Part shown: positions 27,447-41,117 of the stretch, in pieces | Numbering within the stretch: position 1 is the stretch's first letter | Layout of the letters: every line of letters begins with the position of its first letter | Assembly (NCBI RefSeq): GCF_963921235.1 | Contig: NC_086120.1 | Location: forward strand, 8,370,001-8,434,000 | Direction: 5' to 3' | Source: Mobula hypostoma | Taxonomy: Eukaryota | DNA length: 64,000 nt | The notes under the pieces: generated by a model | The model's input: the letters and a program-made list of their open reading frames with translations, nothing else | What the model was told of the DNA's origin: nothing | The model's database searches: none | Translations under genes and position numbers: made by a program

Positions 27447-28109
27447 TATTTCTTTATTTACAGTAGTTACATAAAAACAATTTTCATCAACAATTTGAGA
27501 GAGACATTAACAGTACAACTATTCAGTACATCATAGCTTTTTCACCTTTCAATAAGACGGATTATTGGTTTTTCAATATCAGTATGTATGCCACTCCGAA
27601 GTGGTATCTGATCCCCATGTTCAGTAATTTGTTGTCTATTCCATTGTTTTGAAAGTTATTGGGCGATTGTACTGAAACTGCACTTCACTAAATATGATGT
27701 TGGAAAGGTAATAAAACACATTTGGAACTTTTTTTTCCACAGTGCAGGATCATGTCCAGAGATTTCTTTCTGCAAAGGAAAGTCTTGCTATGATTTTTAT
27801 CTTGGGCTTGAAATTTTATAGTGAAATTGGTTCTTCCTTCAATCTGGAATTGGCTTAGACAAAAGATACTGAAATCTCTCTGATATTTCTTTGGGGAGCT
27901 CACCAGATGAGTCTGTATACTTGAAGTTCATCAACTGGTACACTTTTTATTTCTCTTCCAACTGAGAGAGGCACGGAAATTGGAAAAGGTCATGATGGCC
28001 AATGTGTCACTTAAATAAGGTTAACAGACAGAAGTGTGATGATGACTGATTTGACTTTGATAGGATAAACTTCATCTCTTTGCAATTGAAGACTGATTTA
28101 ATTAACTTG

Positions 28110-31050
28110 CTTCTTACAAACTGCCAATTTTGTTGCTGGTGTTTCGGGCAGCAATGAACGTCTTCAGTCTCTGTCTATCCTTGATCATCTTCTCTATTGT
28201 GTCCCAGGTATGGTTCAGGGTCCTTATGTCTGCCTCCATATTACAGTATCAAGTTTCTTTGGTTTGTTGAATTTCAGGGATCCAATGAAGTGCTGTGTTG
28301 ATGATGGAGCTGGCCTCTCAACTCAGCATCTGCCCAATCCATCTCCAGTGTTTCCGCATGAAGATCATGGTCATGTCCTCTTGATGACACTGAAGGAGTA
28401 GGACTTGGTTGGGGATCCTGCATGATTCGAAAATGTGGAGAATCTTGTGGACACTATATGTCTTGACAGGAGGTGGAGTCTCGACATTGAGCGTCATGGT
28501 CTTAGTCTTTCTCTGGCTGATTCTGAATGCAACCTGTTCAGCAAATGTACGTAGGGTTCTATGATTTCTCTCGCAAGTTCTGGTGCATATATGACGGCAT
28601 TGTGATATCATCCCCAAAGTTAAGGTTTTCAGAAGTGTCCAGCTGATGCCCCTCTATTTATCTTTCATTGTTTCCCTCCTAACCCAGACAATCACCAGTT
28701 CAAATAATATCACCAACATCACAAAGCCTTGCCTGTCTTGCCTTAAAAGCTCAAACTACAGTCCGAAGGTATGTAGGTAAAATTAGCACAGAAACCTTGG
28801 ATAAGCTGGACAATTCTAAAAGGGATCCCTTATGATCTGAGTATTAGCCAGATTCTCTCCCTGCAGATGCTATCAAAACCCTTTTCAAAGTCCAGGAAAT
28901 TCACATAAAGTTGACTGTGCCACAGTTCTATGATGATACGCTGTGTGAAGATCCAGTTGACACAGCATCTATTATTTTTTTTCCTGAAGTCAGCTTGCTT
29001 CTACCTCAAACACACACCAACAGTATCTGAAATCCATTGGACAATGACTTTGGAGAGTATCTTGCTGGGTACTAACAGATGTGCGATGTGATACCAACTG
29101 TTGCAATCACTTAGCGCCCCTTTCTTGGCGATCCAAACAATAACTCCTTTTGTTCATTTCTTTGGTACTTTTCCCAGATTATGGTAAATAGTGTTTGCAA
29201 GATGGCTGCTGCAACTATGGTGCAGATTTGAACAGTTCAGCATTCAAATTGTCATGTCCTGGAGCTTTGCTGTTCTTTAATTATTTCATTGCAGCCACAC
29301 TCTGTTCTTTCTTGGGTGGATCTCTGTTAACTTCGAGGACCTCTGCTGCCTCTTTTATGTCAGGTTCCTCACTTTGTGGTGATTTATTCAGTAATTTTCT
29401 GGAATACTCTGACCATCATGCTTTATGCTCTTTCTCAATTGTCAAAAACAGATGTTTCTTATTTCCCATGGGACCGCTGGATATGGCCCGGATTCTGCGT
29501 ACCAATTTTTATTTCTTGTATATATTTCCCTGATCACCCCGATTGCCTGCTGCTTCAACCTTCTCTGCAAGGACAACCATATAGAGTCTCTTATCCTTGT
29601 AAGTCTCTTCACTTTGTTATAAACTTCCATTAATTCCAGCTGAAGTTTCACATTAATCGTGTTAACTTTGAATCTAACACTATCTTCTTAATTTTCTATC
29701 TTTCTTCTCAGGCTGTACAATTTTCCTGCTGTATCGAGTCTTCCTTCCTCTTTCCAGTTCTGGTATTCTAGAAAAGACTCACTGACCTCCTTGAAGACTG
29801 AGGTAATCCATTTCCACATTGTGTCAATCTTGTCAACTGACACATTTTCTTTAAAGTCTTGCAAAGCCTGGAAACTGTTCTTTAGCTGAATGGTGAAGGC
29901 AGATCTCACTCTTGTCATCAAAACATCTTTGTACAGATGTTGTTGTCCCATTGCTTCTCAATTTGACTTCTATCACTTCTAGAACAAGGTGGCAATCACT
30001 TCCTCTATCTGCTCCTCTCTTCACCTTTACATCCTGCAAGGATTGTCTCCATGTACCATTAATCATCAAATGATCAATTTGATTCTTGCTGTATCTACTG
30101 GGTGAGCACCATGTCAATTTGGGAATTTTAAAATAGGGAAGGAAGGTGACCAGATTGTTTATGGTACAGAATTCCACCAGTCTTCTACAATTGATATTCC
30201 TCATTCCACATCCATGCTTGCCCTTAGTGATCTTAGTGAAGTGTAAATTGTTATTTTCCACCCTGATATAGATCTCCCATGATGAGTATTATGCAATAGC
30301 ATGGTGTTAACTCTATGTCTAACTACAGGTGTTTGTAGAAGACATCCTTTTCTTCAATGTCACTATTGTTAGTTGTGGCATAGTACTGATCACAGTTGTA
30401 TTCACATGTTTCACTTTCAGCCTGACTCTCATCAGCCTACTGTTGAATGGTTTCCACTCCAGCAAGCACTTCTCAATGCCTTTCTTCAAAATGGCAGATG
30501 CACAAAAATGATGCTGTTCAACATCCCTTCCTGAGTATAAAACTGTTTCACCAGTTGTTGTCTATGTTGTTTTCAGTCTGCCAGACCATGTCCATCTGCT
30601 TTCATTTATGCCCAGTATATGCACATTGTAATGAACATTTCTGAAGTTATTTGTGCGAGCTCGCCAGTATTGTACATGGTTCTTACATTCCAAAAAGCAA
30701 TAGTTGGTCTTGGTCATGGTGATGTTCTGGGGTTCCTTCATCACGCCAGTGGTTTTCTCTTAGTTTTTACTACTGTCAGACATGCCAGTCCCTAGCGGCT
30801 GTTCAGGAATACTGTTGCACATATATATGGAAGGATTCTGCATAGCTGGCTCCGTAACATTTTTTTTTCAACATTTAGGGCTTTACGCCCTGATTTGAAC
30901 ACCTGAAAATTGATGGCCGGTGGGCCACTCTTAGTCTAGCCCCTAGTCTTTGACCTGTTTGGCATGGGTGCCCTACCAGGAGACTAAGTACAAAGCCAAG
31001 ACTCCAGCCAGCATAAATCTCCAGGTCACTGAGGCACACAAGTCTCCAAA
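28110..31050 (-). mobile_element. RTE-clade LINE, near full span but decayed and internally deleted
   Basis: VHILGINESRWT, NQIDHLMINGTWRQSLQDVKVKRGADRGSDCHLV, AKKGALSDCN and the C-terminal TALHWIPE..RTLNHTWDTIEKMIKDRQRLKTFIAA; 5'UTR at ~30750-31050. Confidence 0.85.
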
Positions 31051-31689
31051 CCTACAAAATGCAGAGTTACTCGTGCATTTTGTGTGTGCTGCTCAAACAA
31101 AGTTTTCGTATTTTCAGAACACTGTTCTCACCTCAGAGACTTCAAAAGTTCAGTGGAAGTCTTTGGAACTTCCTAAAACCAGATATCTCAACAAACTTCT
31201 TTAATATTTCTCTAAATTACAGGTACGCCATTCATGCATTGTGCAGGTTGTTGTACTTTTCCATAATCCAGCCTTTCGTGAAAAATGTTATTTCTACTCT
31301 GGAACTATTAAGATCTCCTGCTGTATTTTTGCAGCTTTTGTACTCCCGTACATTGTGTTGTTTTTTTTTTCTGTGTTCTATTTCCCTCCTCCTCATGAAA
31401 TTTCCCATGAGGACATTTGCCTCATCTCTGGTTCCTCTGTCTGACCTGAGCTGACTGCACCTCCCCATGATACGCACCCAATCACCCGTGGGTCTGCAGC
31501 CTCCCCCTTGCCGTATTTCTTCAGACAGGTATTTAGCAAAACGACACTGCATTTTTGAAACACATTGAGTAAAGCAGCGGAAGTACTCAAGGCATTACCA
31601 CCACTGATGTTCATACTTTCTAAGACCATGATGGTCTCCATCATGACCGAACCAATTTTCCGCTCAGCAGCAGCCTCCTGCCTTCTCCC

Positions 31690-34230
31690 TGTATCCCTTC
31701 ATGCCCTGAACAATCCAGATTCTATCAATCTCTGCCTTAAGTATTCATGAAGACTTGGCCTCCACGGCTGCTTGTCACAAAGAATTCCACAGATGTACCA
31801 TTCTTTGACTAAAGAAATTCCTCCTCATCTCTATTCTAATAGCACTCCCATGTATTCTGAGGCTGTGCCCTATAGTCTTAGACTATCCCATCCACTCTGT
31901 CAAGGCTTTTCATCATTCGGTAAGTTTCAATGAGATCACCCCTCATTGCTCTGAATTCCAGTGAAAACAGGCTCAGAGCCAGAAAACGCTCTTCCTATGA
32001 CAAGATATTCAATACTGGAATCATTTTTTGTGAAACTCCATTCAATCCTGCCAGTTTCAACACATCCTTTCCAAGATAAGGGGCCTAAAATTGCTCACAT
32101 TACACCAAACGAGACCTCATCAGCCGTTTATAAAGCTCAACATGACATCCCCGCTTAAATATTCTAGACCTCTTGAAATTACAGCTAACATTGTATTTGC
32201 ATTCCTCACCAATATTTTAACCTGCAAACTTACATTTCAGGAATGCTATGCAGGGACTCCCAAGTCCCTTTGCACCTCATTTTTATTTGTATTTTCTTTC
32301 AATTTAGAAAATAGTCAACCTTTTCATTATTTCTACCAAAGTGCACGTTCATACATTTCTCAATACTGTACAGCATTCCATCCGCTATTACTTTGTCCAT
32401 TCTTCTCATCTGTCAAGTTTCTCTGTTGCCTCTCTACTTCCTCAATACTACCTGCTCATCCACCTATCTCTATATTAAATGCCGACTTTACAACAAAGCC
32501 ATTAAACTTAAGGAGAATTCATCCTAAAACAGACCCCGGTGGAACAACACTAGCCTCCAGCAGTTGGCCACAAAAGGCTTTCTTTAACCTCATTGTTTGC
32601 CTCCTGCCAATGAGCCACTGCTTTATCCATGGTAGAATATTTCCTGTAATACAATGGGCCTGTAACTTGTTACGCAGTCTTGTGGTACCTTGTCAAAGGC
32701 CTTTTATAGACAACATCAACTGATTCTCCATTGTTATTCCTTCAAAGAATTCTAACAAATCTGTCTAGCAAAACTTCTCTCGTGAAACCGTGCTGAATAC
32801 GACATCTACCCTCAAAGTACCCCAAAACCACACCCTTAACAATCGACTCCAACAACTTCCCAGCCACTGAGGTGAGACTAATTGCCCTATAATTTATTTT
32901 CTTGCATCTCTCTCACTTCTTGCTTTAGAACTCTGAGTTGTACACCAACTGGTCACTTATATACCTTCAGGTCTTTCAGAATCTCAGAAACCTTTTATCA
33001 AGTTATGGTAACTGATAGCGCTTCATGACCCCGACACTTGAAAATTCAACCATACTGAAGGGGTTTTCCACAGTGAAGATAGATGTAAATACTTATTCAG
33101 TTCATTCACCATTCCATTGCCTTTCATTACAATTTCTTAAGCATGGTATCTGAAGAAAAATGTTATCCTCTTTAATATTATTGATTAGCTTACTTCTGCA
33201 TTCAATTTTTACCTTTGTAATGAAATTTTAGTTGTTTTCTGCTTCTTTTTAGAAGCTTGCCAATCTTATAACTTCCCACTAATTTTGCTCCACCACATGC
33301 CCTCCCTTATGTATTTACTTTGGCTTTAACTTTTCTTGTTACCCACAGTTGCTTAATAATTCCCTTAGAATACATGTTCTTCTATGGGGAGTATACATTA
33401 TGTGACTTCTGGATTGCTTTCATAAATTCCAGCCATTGCTGCTCTGCTATCATCTCTGCCATTGTTCTTTCCTAATCAATTCTTACTGACTCCTCTTTCA
33501 TGCTTCTGTAATTCCTTTTACTCCACTGTAATACTGATACATCTGTCTTTAGTTTCTCCTCATATTTCTGGGTGAATTCAATCATATTATGATCACTTTC
33601 CCCTTAGGGTTCTTTTACCTTAAGCGCTCTGATCAATTCTGGTTCATTTTCACAACACCCAATCTAGAATAGCAGATCCTCTGGTGAGCTCAAGCATGAG
33701 CTGCTCTAAAAAAACATCCTGTAGTCACTTTGGGAATTCCCCTGCCTGGAGTCGAGCACCAACCTGATTTTCCCAATATATCTGCATGTTGAAGTTCTCC
33801 ATCATTATTGTACAGGTGCCATTTTGGCAGATGCATTTTCTATCTCCAACTGTAATTTGAAGGCCACATCCTTACTACTGTTTGGGGTTCTGTGTACAAT
33901 TCCCATCTGTATATTTTTACACTTGCAGTTCCTTAGCTCTAACCACAATGATACAATGGCTTCGGACTCAGTCGCACCTCTTTCTAATGCTTTAATTTCT
34001 TTATTTACCAATAGAGCATCGCTGCCCCCACTGCCTTCCCTCCCGTCTTTTTGATACACTGTGTATCCTTGGACATTAAGCTCCCAGCTGTAATCTTCTT
34101 TCAGCCATATTTCAGTGATGCCTACAATATTATACCTGCAAATCTTCAACTGTGTTGCAAGTTCATCTACCTTATTCTGCATTCACATATAACTTCCTGT
34201 CCTATATTCCCCCTTTTCTATTTTGTCTGT
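31690..34230 (-). mobile_element. CR1 LINE, degenerate (endonuclease to tail)
   Basis: YNIVGITEIWLKEDYSWELNVQGY endonuclease N-terminus at 33805-34182; RT C-terminal pieces at 31750-32720. Confidence 0.8.
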
Positions 34231-34904
34231 CTTTTCATATTGCAACTCATTTTCTTGACTACAATTTTGCCCTCTCAATAGCCTCTGTTTGTAGACAGTT
34301 ACCTCATCTTCAGTACTTTACTGTGATACTTCTTGCATTGAAATATACGCAGCTCGGGACTCTCTCCCGGCACAACAAACCAATTTATATGTCCATGCCT
34401 CCAGCCCAGGGGACGACTCCATCAGTCAGTACTCTAAATATCATACAGCGAGGGAGCAGCATGTCCTCATGTGACTGCTGGCTTATCTGTCTGCTCTTCT
34501 AGCTGTCTGGCTGTGCTCCAGTCCCCCATTGTCTGCATTGACTTTAGCTGCCAGATGAGCATCTCCAGAAACATGTTGTATATGAAACATTCAGCCTGGG
34601 CAAGGGCAATCGTTGCACAAACTCCAAATACCAGTGTCCAAGCTCTTCCAGCTGGCAACAAATTCTGTTAATTTTAATCAGAGTTTCTCAAAGAACAAAT
34701 AAAGATTACACTCAAAACACAACTACCATTCAATGACTTGTTGCCTGAACCCCACCTACCCTTCATCCTACCAAAAATGTACTTGATTCCCCTGGATATT
34801 CTTTGAACATGAGTGCGTATGGAAACTCAATGGGACTCGTCATCTGAGAATATGATGTAGGATTGGAGATGGACACAGACGAGCAAAGTTTTTTTAAATT
34901 TATT

Positions 34905-36012
34905 TGAAGATACAGAGGAACAGGCCCTGCCAGCCAGCAAACAAACCTCTGTAACATTAGATTAGATTAGATTATGGGGACACTCAGTCCTCGTTTATTG
35001 TCATTTAGAAATACATGCATTAAAAAAAAATGATACAATGTTCCTCCAGAATGATATCACAAGAAACACAGAACAAGTTAGTTAGATATGGCCCTTGTGG
35101 CTACAGGGGTCAGGGGATATGGAGGGAAGGCTGGGTTCTGAGTTGGATGATCAGCCATGATCATAATAAATGGCGGTGCAGGCTCGAAGAGCCGAATGGC
35201 CTACTCCTGCACCTATTTTCTATGTTTCTAAACCAAGGCTAAAACTGACAAAACCACATAATTATAACATATAGTTACAACAGTGCAAGGCAATACCGTA
35301 ATTTGATAAAGAGCAGACCATGGGCAGGATAAAAAAAAAAGTCTCAATGTCCCGATAGCCACAGCCTCTCACGCAGACGGTAGATGGGAGAAACTCTCCC
35401 TGCAATGAACCTCCAAGCGCCGCAAACTTGCCGATGCAGCACCATTGGAAGCACCCGGCCGCAGCGTTCTCTGAGTCCGTCCGAAAACTTCGAGCCTCCG
35501 ACCAGCCCTTCGACACCGAGCGCCGAGCACCATCCTCTGACGAGTGCTTCGACATCACTCCAGCCACCGAGCAAAAAACAACGCCGAGGACTCTGGACCT
35601 TCCCCTCCGGAGATTTCGGACCCCACAGTAGCAGCAGCAGCGAAGCAGCATTTCAGAAGTTTCACCAGATGTTCCTCCGTGCTGTCATGTCTGTCTCCAT
35701 CAAATCGGGATTGTGCACGGCACCCTACTTGATAAATCACAGACATCACCACCGGAGTGGCCGCTGCGAGCTGTGTCGTGCCGCCATCTTCTCCTCTTCT
35801 CTAATTATAGGACAATTTACAGTGACTAGTGACTAATTAACCTAAAAACCTGTGCATCCTAGGAATATGGGTGGAAATCGGTGCACCCGAAGGAAATGTG
35901 CTCACTCATGAGGAGGGCATACAAACACCTTACAGACGGTACCGGAATTGAAATTCTTAGTCCGGATTGCCCTCAGCTTTAACTGCATCGCCCAAGCCGC
36001 TGCACTACCATG
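34905..36012 (-). mobile_element. tRNA-headed SINE (HE1/V-SINE-like), split by later insertions
   Basis: On the minus strand, an A/B-box-like head (TGGTAGTGCAGCGG; GAATTTCAATTCC) at ~36012-35940, a V-SINE-like core to 35800, and the tail at 34905-34955. Confidence 0.6.
34957..35797 (-). mobile_element. Non-autonomous L2-tailed element with (AATCT)n end; a CR1 tail is inserted at ~35079-35232
   Basis: (TTAGA)n at 34957, AAATGACAATAAA-type tail, GC-rich head starting GAGAAGAGGAGAAGATGGCGGC, no coding motifs. Confidence 0.55.
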
Positions 36013-36061
36013 TCGACTAAGATGGGAGGCTCCCACACCAGAGCGTTAACAGTGTATGTGA

Positions 36062-36348
36062 TGTTACATACCACGTAACTGGGTTGCCAAACCAGCAAAA
36101 ATGGACCACTCAGTTGGAATCTGGATTACTGGAACAAAGAAGGTTTTATTAAAGAAATAAGTAGCACAGTACTCTGAACGTAAGGATATAAATGCAACGG
36201 GTTAGCAATGATAAAACACACATGTACACAGAACTGGGATAATAGGAATCAATCAAGCTCTATCGCAGGCTAGGGGTAAAATGATCAGTCTCAAGTGACA
36301 CAGAGTTCAGTTCAGTTTCAGTTCGCAGTAATCGCTGTTGTGCCGTTG

Positions 36349-36391
<43 letters not shown>

Positions 36392-36922
36392 CTGATGTTC
36401 AAATCGGATTTAACAGACCTTTGATATTCCTCGCAGTTAGTTTTCGGCGCGAGCCATTTTTAATGTCTTCTGAGGTCACCGACGGTGACACCTCCATTCC
36501 GGATACAATCGTTCTTCTGCGGTGAACCCGGCACCCAGGCAAGTGTGGACATACACACACCAGGTTCCCGCCGATCGTACCTTCTCACCTGTGCGTCTAT
36601 GGTTGGTCCCGCGACTAGACCTCCAAAACTCGCACCAACTTGTGGGGGCACACCGCTTTTCCAAGGTCTTGTTATCTCGTGGTGTCATGGTGTGTCTTGC
36701 CTTAGGGAACCTGTTCCTTCTATCCCACTGCTGGGGTATCGTCTGTCCATCAAACATCAAACAGTTCAGGTTCAAAGCAACCAGTCTCTGACAATACTCG
36801 GAAATGTGTCTCCTTGTTGTTAATCCCTCTCGGCCCTCTCTTATTAGCATTTTGAATGTTTCCCCCATTTGTCTATCTCTTATCTCTCTTATCGGCATCA
36901 ATCTTCTGATAACTTGGTCACA
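36062..36922 (-). repeat. 3' LTR (861 bp) with (GA)19
   Basis: TGTTAC...GGTCACA; adjacent PPT-like GATGGGTAGGGG at 36923-36934 (minus strand). Confidence 0.92.
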
Positions 36923-37092
36923 CCCCTACCCATCAAAGGATTTTTACCGGGGTAAAACTTATAGGCATGAATACATTATTAGATACATACAAATATACAT
37001 GTTCATCAGCTATTTGGCTAATACAGAGAACTTTTAGTTGTGAACACCTTGACAGACAGTCAGCAATCACATTTTTCTGTTCCTCTTATGTG

Positions 37093-38907
37093 TTATTTTA
37101 ATAATCCTCTAAAACCAGTCTTCAATTTAGCAAACTTCATAGTGGCCAAAAACACTAATGATTTGTGATCAGTGTAACTTCTCAGTGGTTTTCCTCCTGG
37201 ACCAAGATAACAAGGGTCGTCCCATACCAACTTAGCATTCTTTGGCAAGAGCTTAGTAAGAGGGTGGGTAATATCCGCAAAGTTCTTGCAAAGCTTCCTA
37301 TAGTACCCCACCATCTCCAAGAACCTTTTCAGGGCTCTCTTGTCTGTCGGGTTTGGGACGTCAGAGATAGCCCGCACCTTAGCCTGCATCGGAGCCAGCT
37401 GCCCCTGTCCTACCACAAATCCAAGATAAGTGACCTTCGCGTGGCCGAACTCACTTCTTGCGAGGTTCACTGTCAGGCTGGCTTTGGACAGCCGTTTAAA
37501 CAACTCCTCTACTGCCACAATGTGCTCCTCCCACGTGTCACTCCAGACCACTACATCGCCAATATACACTTCTGTGTTCTTTAGCCCTTTGTCACTGAAT
37601 TAATCATTCTATAGGGGTGTTGCTCACTAAGCTGACCTGTTGTGACAATAACTCCATGTCCCGGCTCTTTGCATCACCTCGGGACATTCGGACATTGGTG
37701 TCCGTGCCGTTTAATTAGCTCTCTTTCCGGGTCGCTTTGTTCGGGGATTAAGTGAGAGAACTCATCAGCAAAGTTGGTCAACACAATAGAGTTCTCCCAT
37801 CTGGTCAGCACCACACTTACCTTTTCAAAATGGGTCCTCCCCTTATCAGGTGGCACCCTAGCCTCATTAATTTTCATAATATCACCAGCTAGATCTGTTT
37901 TCTGATCGTGGTGAGCTTTTAACATGTTAATAGCTTCTAACTGTGTTAACTCAGTTCTACAATAGTCAATAACATCCTTCCTCCTGTGTGGCCAGCAGAA
38001 CGCTTTCATGATTCCGCCGACTGTTTTCCTCCCCCCAAAATGTCCACCGAGGGGTATCTTGTGGGCCAGGTTAAGAATCTCATCCCCATAAATTTTTGGC
38101 ACCATCCCCCATTCCTCATCTGCGGGCACGGTGCTTGGTCTCCATTTCTTCCTTAAAACTCCCTCCCACACACAATAGCCCACTGGTTTCCTTTTTTAAT
38201 TTTGTTTCGGAGAGAGCTGTCTCCGTCAAAACCATCAGCTCCTCGTCTCGCTCCTGTGCCTGTACAAATTCCTTCCTTGCTAATGCTAAGTCGGCCTCAA
38301 CTCCCTCACTCCCTCCTGTTTCACTACGCTCCTTATTTTCACTTTCTAACCCCTTCTGATACAAGGCTGGTAAAAACATCTCAGCCAATTCTATATTTAC
38401 TTCGGCAGCCTTTCTGAACACACGCCGATTCACTGCGCAAACGGGATAAACCTGTGAGTCCATGGGCGGGGCCTCAATGCTGGCAGGCTGGCTGGTCAGT
38501 TTTACTGCTGAGAACATATTTCCGCCGGCGAGGTCATTGCCGAGTAGACCTCCGCGTCTTTCATCGGTAGTTCGGGCCTCACCCCGATCGTGACCGGTCC
38601 AGATACCAAGTCGCTTTTTAGGTCTATCTGGTGCAAAGGTACTGTCTCAGTCCCTTTCCCAATGCCTTTTATGACCCTGACTTTCCCAGTCTCGGTCTCT
38701 GAACTAAAGTCTAACACACTCTTTAAGATCAATGACTGACAAGCTCCAGTGTCTCTCCAGATTTCGTACTGGAACTGGGTTTAACCCCTCCTTCAACGAC
38801 ACCAATCCGGCCGAGATAAACCTCTCGCGCCCTTCCTGAACTTTGTCAGACCTCTTCTCTCCTAGCGGTTTGCTTACCAGCTCAATACAGCCAGTCGGTA
38901 CCGCCAT
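37093..38907 (-). pseudogene. Fragmented pol: protease, integrase N-terminus, partial RT and RNase H
   Basis: ORFs 38704-38907, 37674-38183 and 37093-37569 carry the motifs. The INT core and RT N-terminus are missing, and YIDD has become YIGD. Confidence 0.85.
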
Positions 38908-38919
38908 TTTTCCTCTCCC

Positions 38920-40149
38920 CTATTCCTTCTTTGGGGCAAAGCATCTGGATGCAAAGTGTCCGACTTTCTCACAATTATAACATACGACCCCAGGAGACTT
39001 CCTACCAAACTGCTTCCTGTCTACCTTATCCTTCTCACTAGACCCAGGCTTACCTTCTGACTTTTCTGGCGGACTCTCCCAGCCGTCCTGACTACCCTTC
39101 TGGTAGCCTTTGCTCGGGGCAGACTTCGTTTTATGTGTCAACGCGTACTCATCCGCTAACTTAGCAGTTGCGGCTAAATTGTCTGCCTCTTTCTCATCTA
39201 GGTAGGGTCTTATACCTTCAGGGAAACAACCTTTAAACTGCTCAATCAGGATTAGCTGTATCAGTCTGTCATAATCCCCATTGACCCCTTTCGTGGCGCA
39301 CCAATGCTCACAATATGTCTACAGCTCACGGGCAAACTCTAATACGTGCTTCCTCGTATTCCGGTACCTCTGCCGGTATGCCTCCGGGACCAACTCATAA
39401 ATGCTGAGGATGGCCTCTTTCACCACCTCATACCTCTGGGCATCTTCTGCGGACAAAGCCGAGAAAGCTTGTTCGGCTTTTCCTTTAAGTACACTCTGAA
39501 GCAAAACAGCCCACTTATCCCTCGGCCAGTCCTGACCTACAGCAACTTATTCAAAATGGAGAAAGTACCGATCAACATCGGTCTCGTCGAATGGGGGAAC
39601 TAGCCTAACCTCCTAGGTCGCCCTGAACCCTCCACCTTGGTTCGGCATGGGCCCCGGCGCTGCCATCATCTTTAACTTCTCCAGCTCAAATTCCCTTTCC
39701 CTCTGTTTCTCCAACTGCCTCTCTTCTCGCTCCAACTGTTTGTCCCTCTCTTCTCGTTCCAACTGTCTGTCCCTCTCTTCTCACTCCAACTGTTTGTCCC
39801 TCTCTTCTGGCTCCAACTGCCTCTCTCTCTCTCTTCTCGTTGGTTCTAACTGTTTCTCTTCGTGTTCTAGCTGTCTGACCCGGAACTCGTGATCGAGTCT
39901 CGATTTCTCAAGCTGCATCTGTACAGCGTCTCCACCAGGTTTTCCAATAGATATCACCTCCAGCTCCCCTTGGGGAAACACACCTTTAGACACATAATGC
40001 TGTATGATAGCTCTGTGCATCTCCTCTCTCCTCATGGTCGACTTCCCCTTACAAAGATTCAACCGTTTGGCCACAGCTGCCAATTCTACTTTCCTGGCAT
40101 CCTCTAATGCCTCCAAGGTCGGTGTCTTTAGAAATTCCTCAATCTCCAT
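38920..40149 (-). pseudogene. Fragmented gag (coiled coil, SCAN-like region, CCHC)
   Basis: LQSVLKGKAEQAFSALS..YELVPEAYRQRYR and CYNCEKVGHFASRC, spread over three frames. Confidence 0.85.
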
Positions 40150-40225
40150 TTCTGCTGTTTGCCTTTTCTTTCTTTCGGAAATTTTAACCCAATCAATTTA
40201 CCCAGTCCCAAATTTAGCGTTCAAA

Positions 40226-40244
40226 ATCGCGGACGAGAACCCCA
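40226..40244 (-). promoter_or_regulatory. PBS, tRNA-Pro-like
   Basis: TGGGGTTCTCGTCCGCGAT just inside the 5' LTR. Confidence 0.7.
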
Positions 40245-40248
40245 CTTA

Positions 40249-40535
40249 TATTACCTACCCCGTAACTGGGTTGCCAAACCAGCAGAAATGGACCACTTAG
40301 TTGGAGTCTGAATTACTGGAACAAAGAAAGTTTTATTAAAGAAATAAGTAGCACAGTACTCTAAGCGTAAGGATATAAATGCAACCGGTTAGCAATGATA
40401 AAACACACATGCACACGGAACTAGGATAATAGGAATCAATCAAGCTCTATCGCAGTCTGGGGGTAAAATGATCAGTATCAAGTGACACAGAGTTCAGTTC
40501 AGTTTCAGTTCGCAGTAATCGCTGTTGTGCCGTTG

Positions 40536-40581
<46 letters not shown>

Positions 40582-41117
40582 ATGCTGATGTTCAAATCGG
40601 ATTTAACAGACCTTTGATATTCCTCGCAGTTAGCTTTCGGCGCGAGCCCTTTTTAATGTCTTCTGAGGTTATTGACTGTGACCTCTCGGTTCCGGATACA
40701 ATCCTTCTTCTGCGGTGAACCCGGCACCCAGGCAAGGGTGGACACACACACCAGGTTCCCGCCGATCGTAACTTCTCACCCTATGGGTCTATGGTTGGTC
40801 CCGCGACTAGACCTCCAAAACTCCCACCAACTTGCGGGGGGCACACCGCTTTTCCAGGGTCTTGCTATCTCGTGGTGTCGTGGTGTGTCTTGCCTTAGCG
40901 AACCTGTTCCTTTTATCCACCTGCTGGGGTATCGCCTGTCCATCAAACTTCAAACAGTTCAGGTTCAAAGCAACCAGTCTCTGACAATACTCGGAACTGT
41001 GTCTCCTTGTTGTTAATCCCTCTCGTCTCTCTCTCTTATTAGCATTTTGAATGTTTCCCCCATTTGTCTCTCTCTTATCTCTCTTATCGGCATCAATCTT
41101 CTGATAACTTGGTCACA
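40249..41117 (-). repeat. 5' LTR (869 bp) with (GA)20
   Basis: Collinear with 36062-36922; the left terminus has mutated from TG to TA. Confidence 0.92.

Larger units (their letters stand above)
36062..41117 (-). mobile_element. Two-LTR Gmr1-like Gypsy retrotransposon (integrase upstream of RT), internally deleted, 5056 bp
   Basis: LTRs at 36062-36922 and 40249-41117; TSD GTGA/GTAA; PBS and PPT present. Domain order is gag, PR (RDTGA), INT zinc finger (HKIPLGGHFG..CWP), RT (YIGD), RNase H remnant (YTDHK). Confidence 0.9.

Noticed and set aside
27480-28100. Possible ancient L1 ORF2 C-terminus on the minus strand
   Set aside because: Only a faint Cys/His motif resemblance, too weak to annotate.
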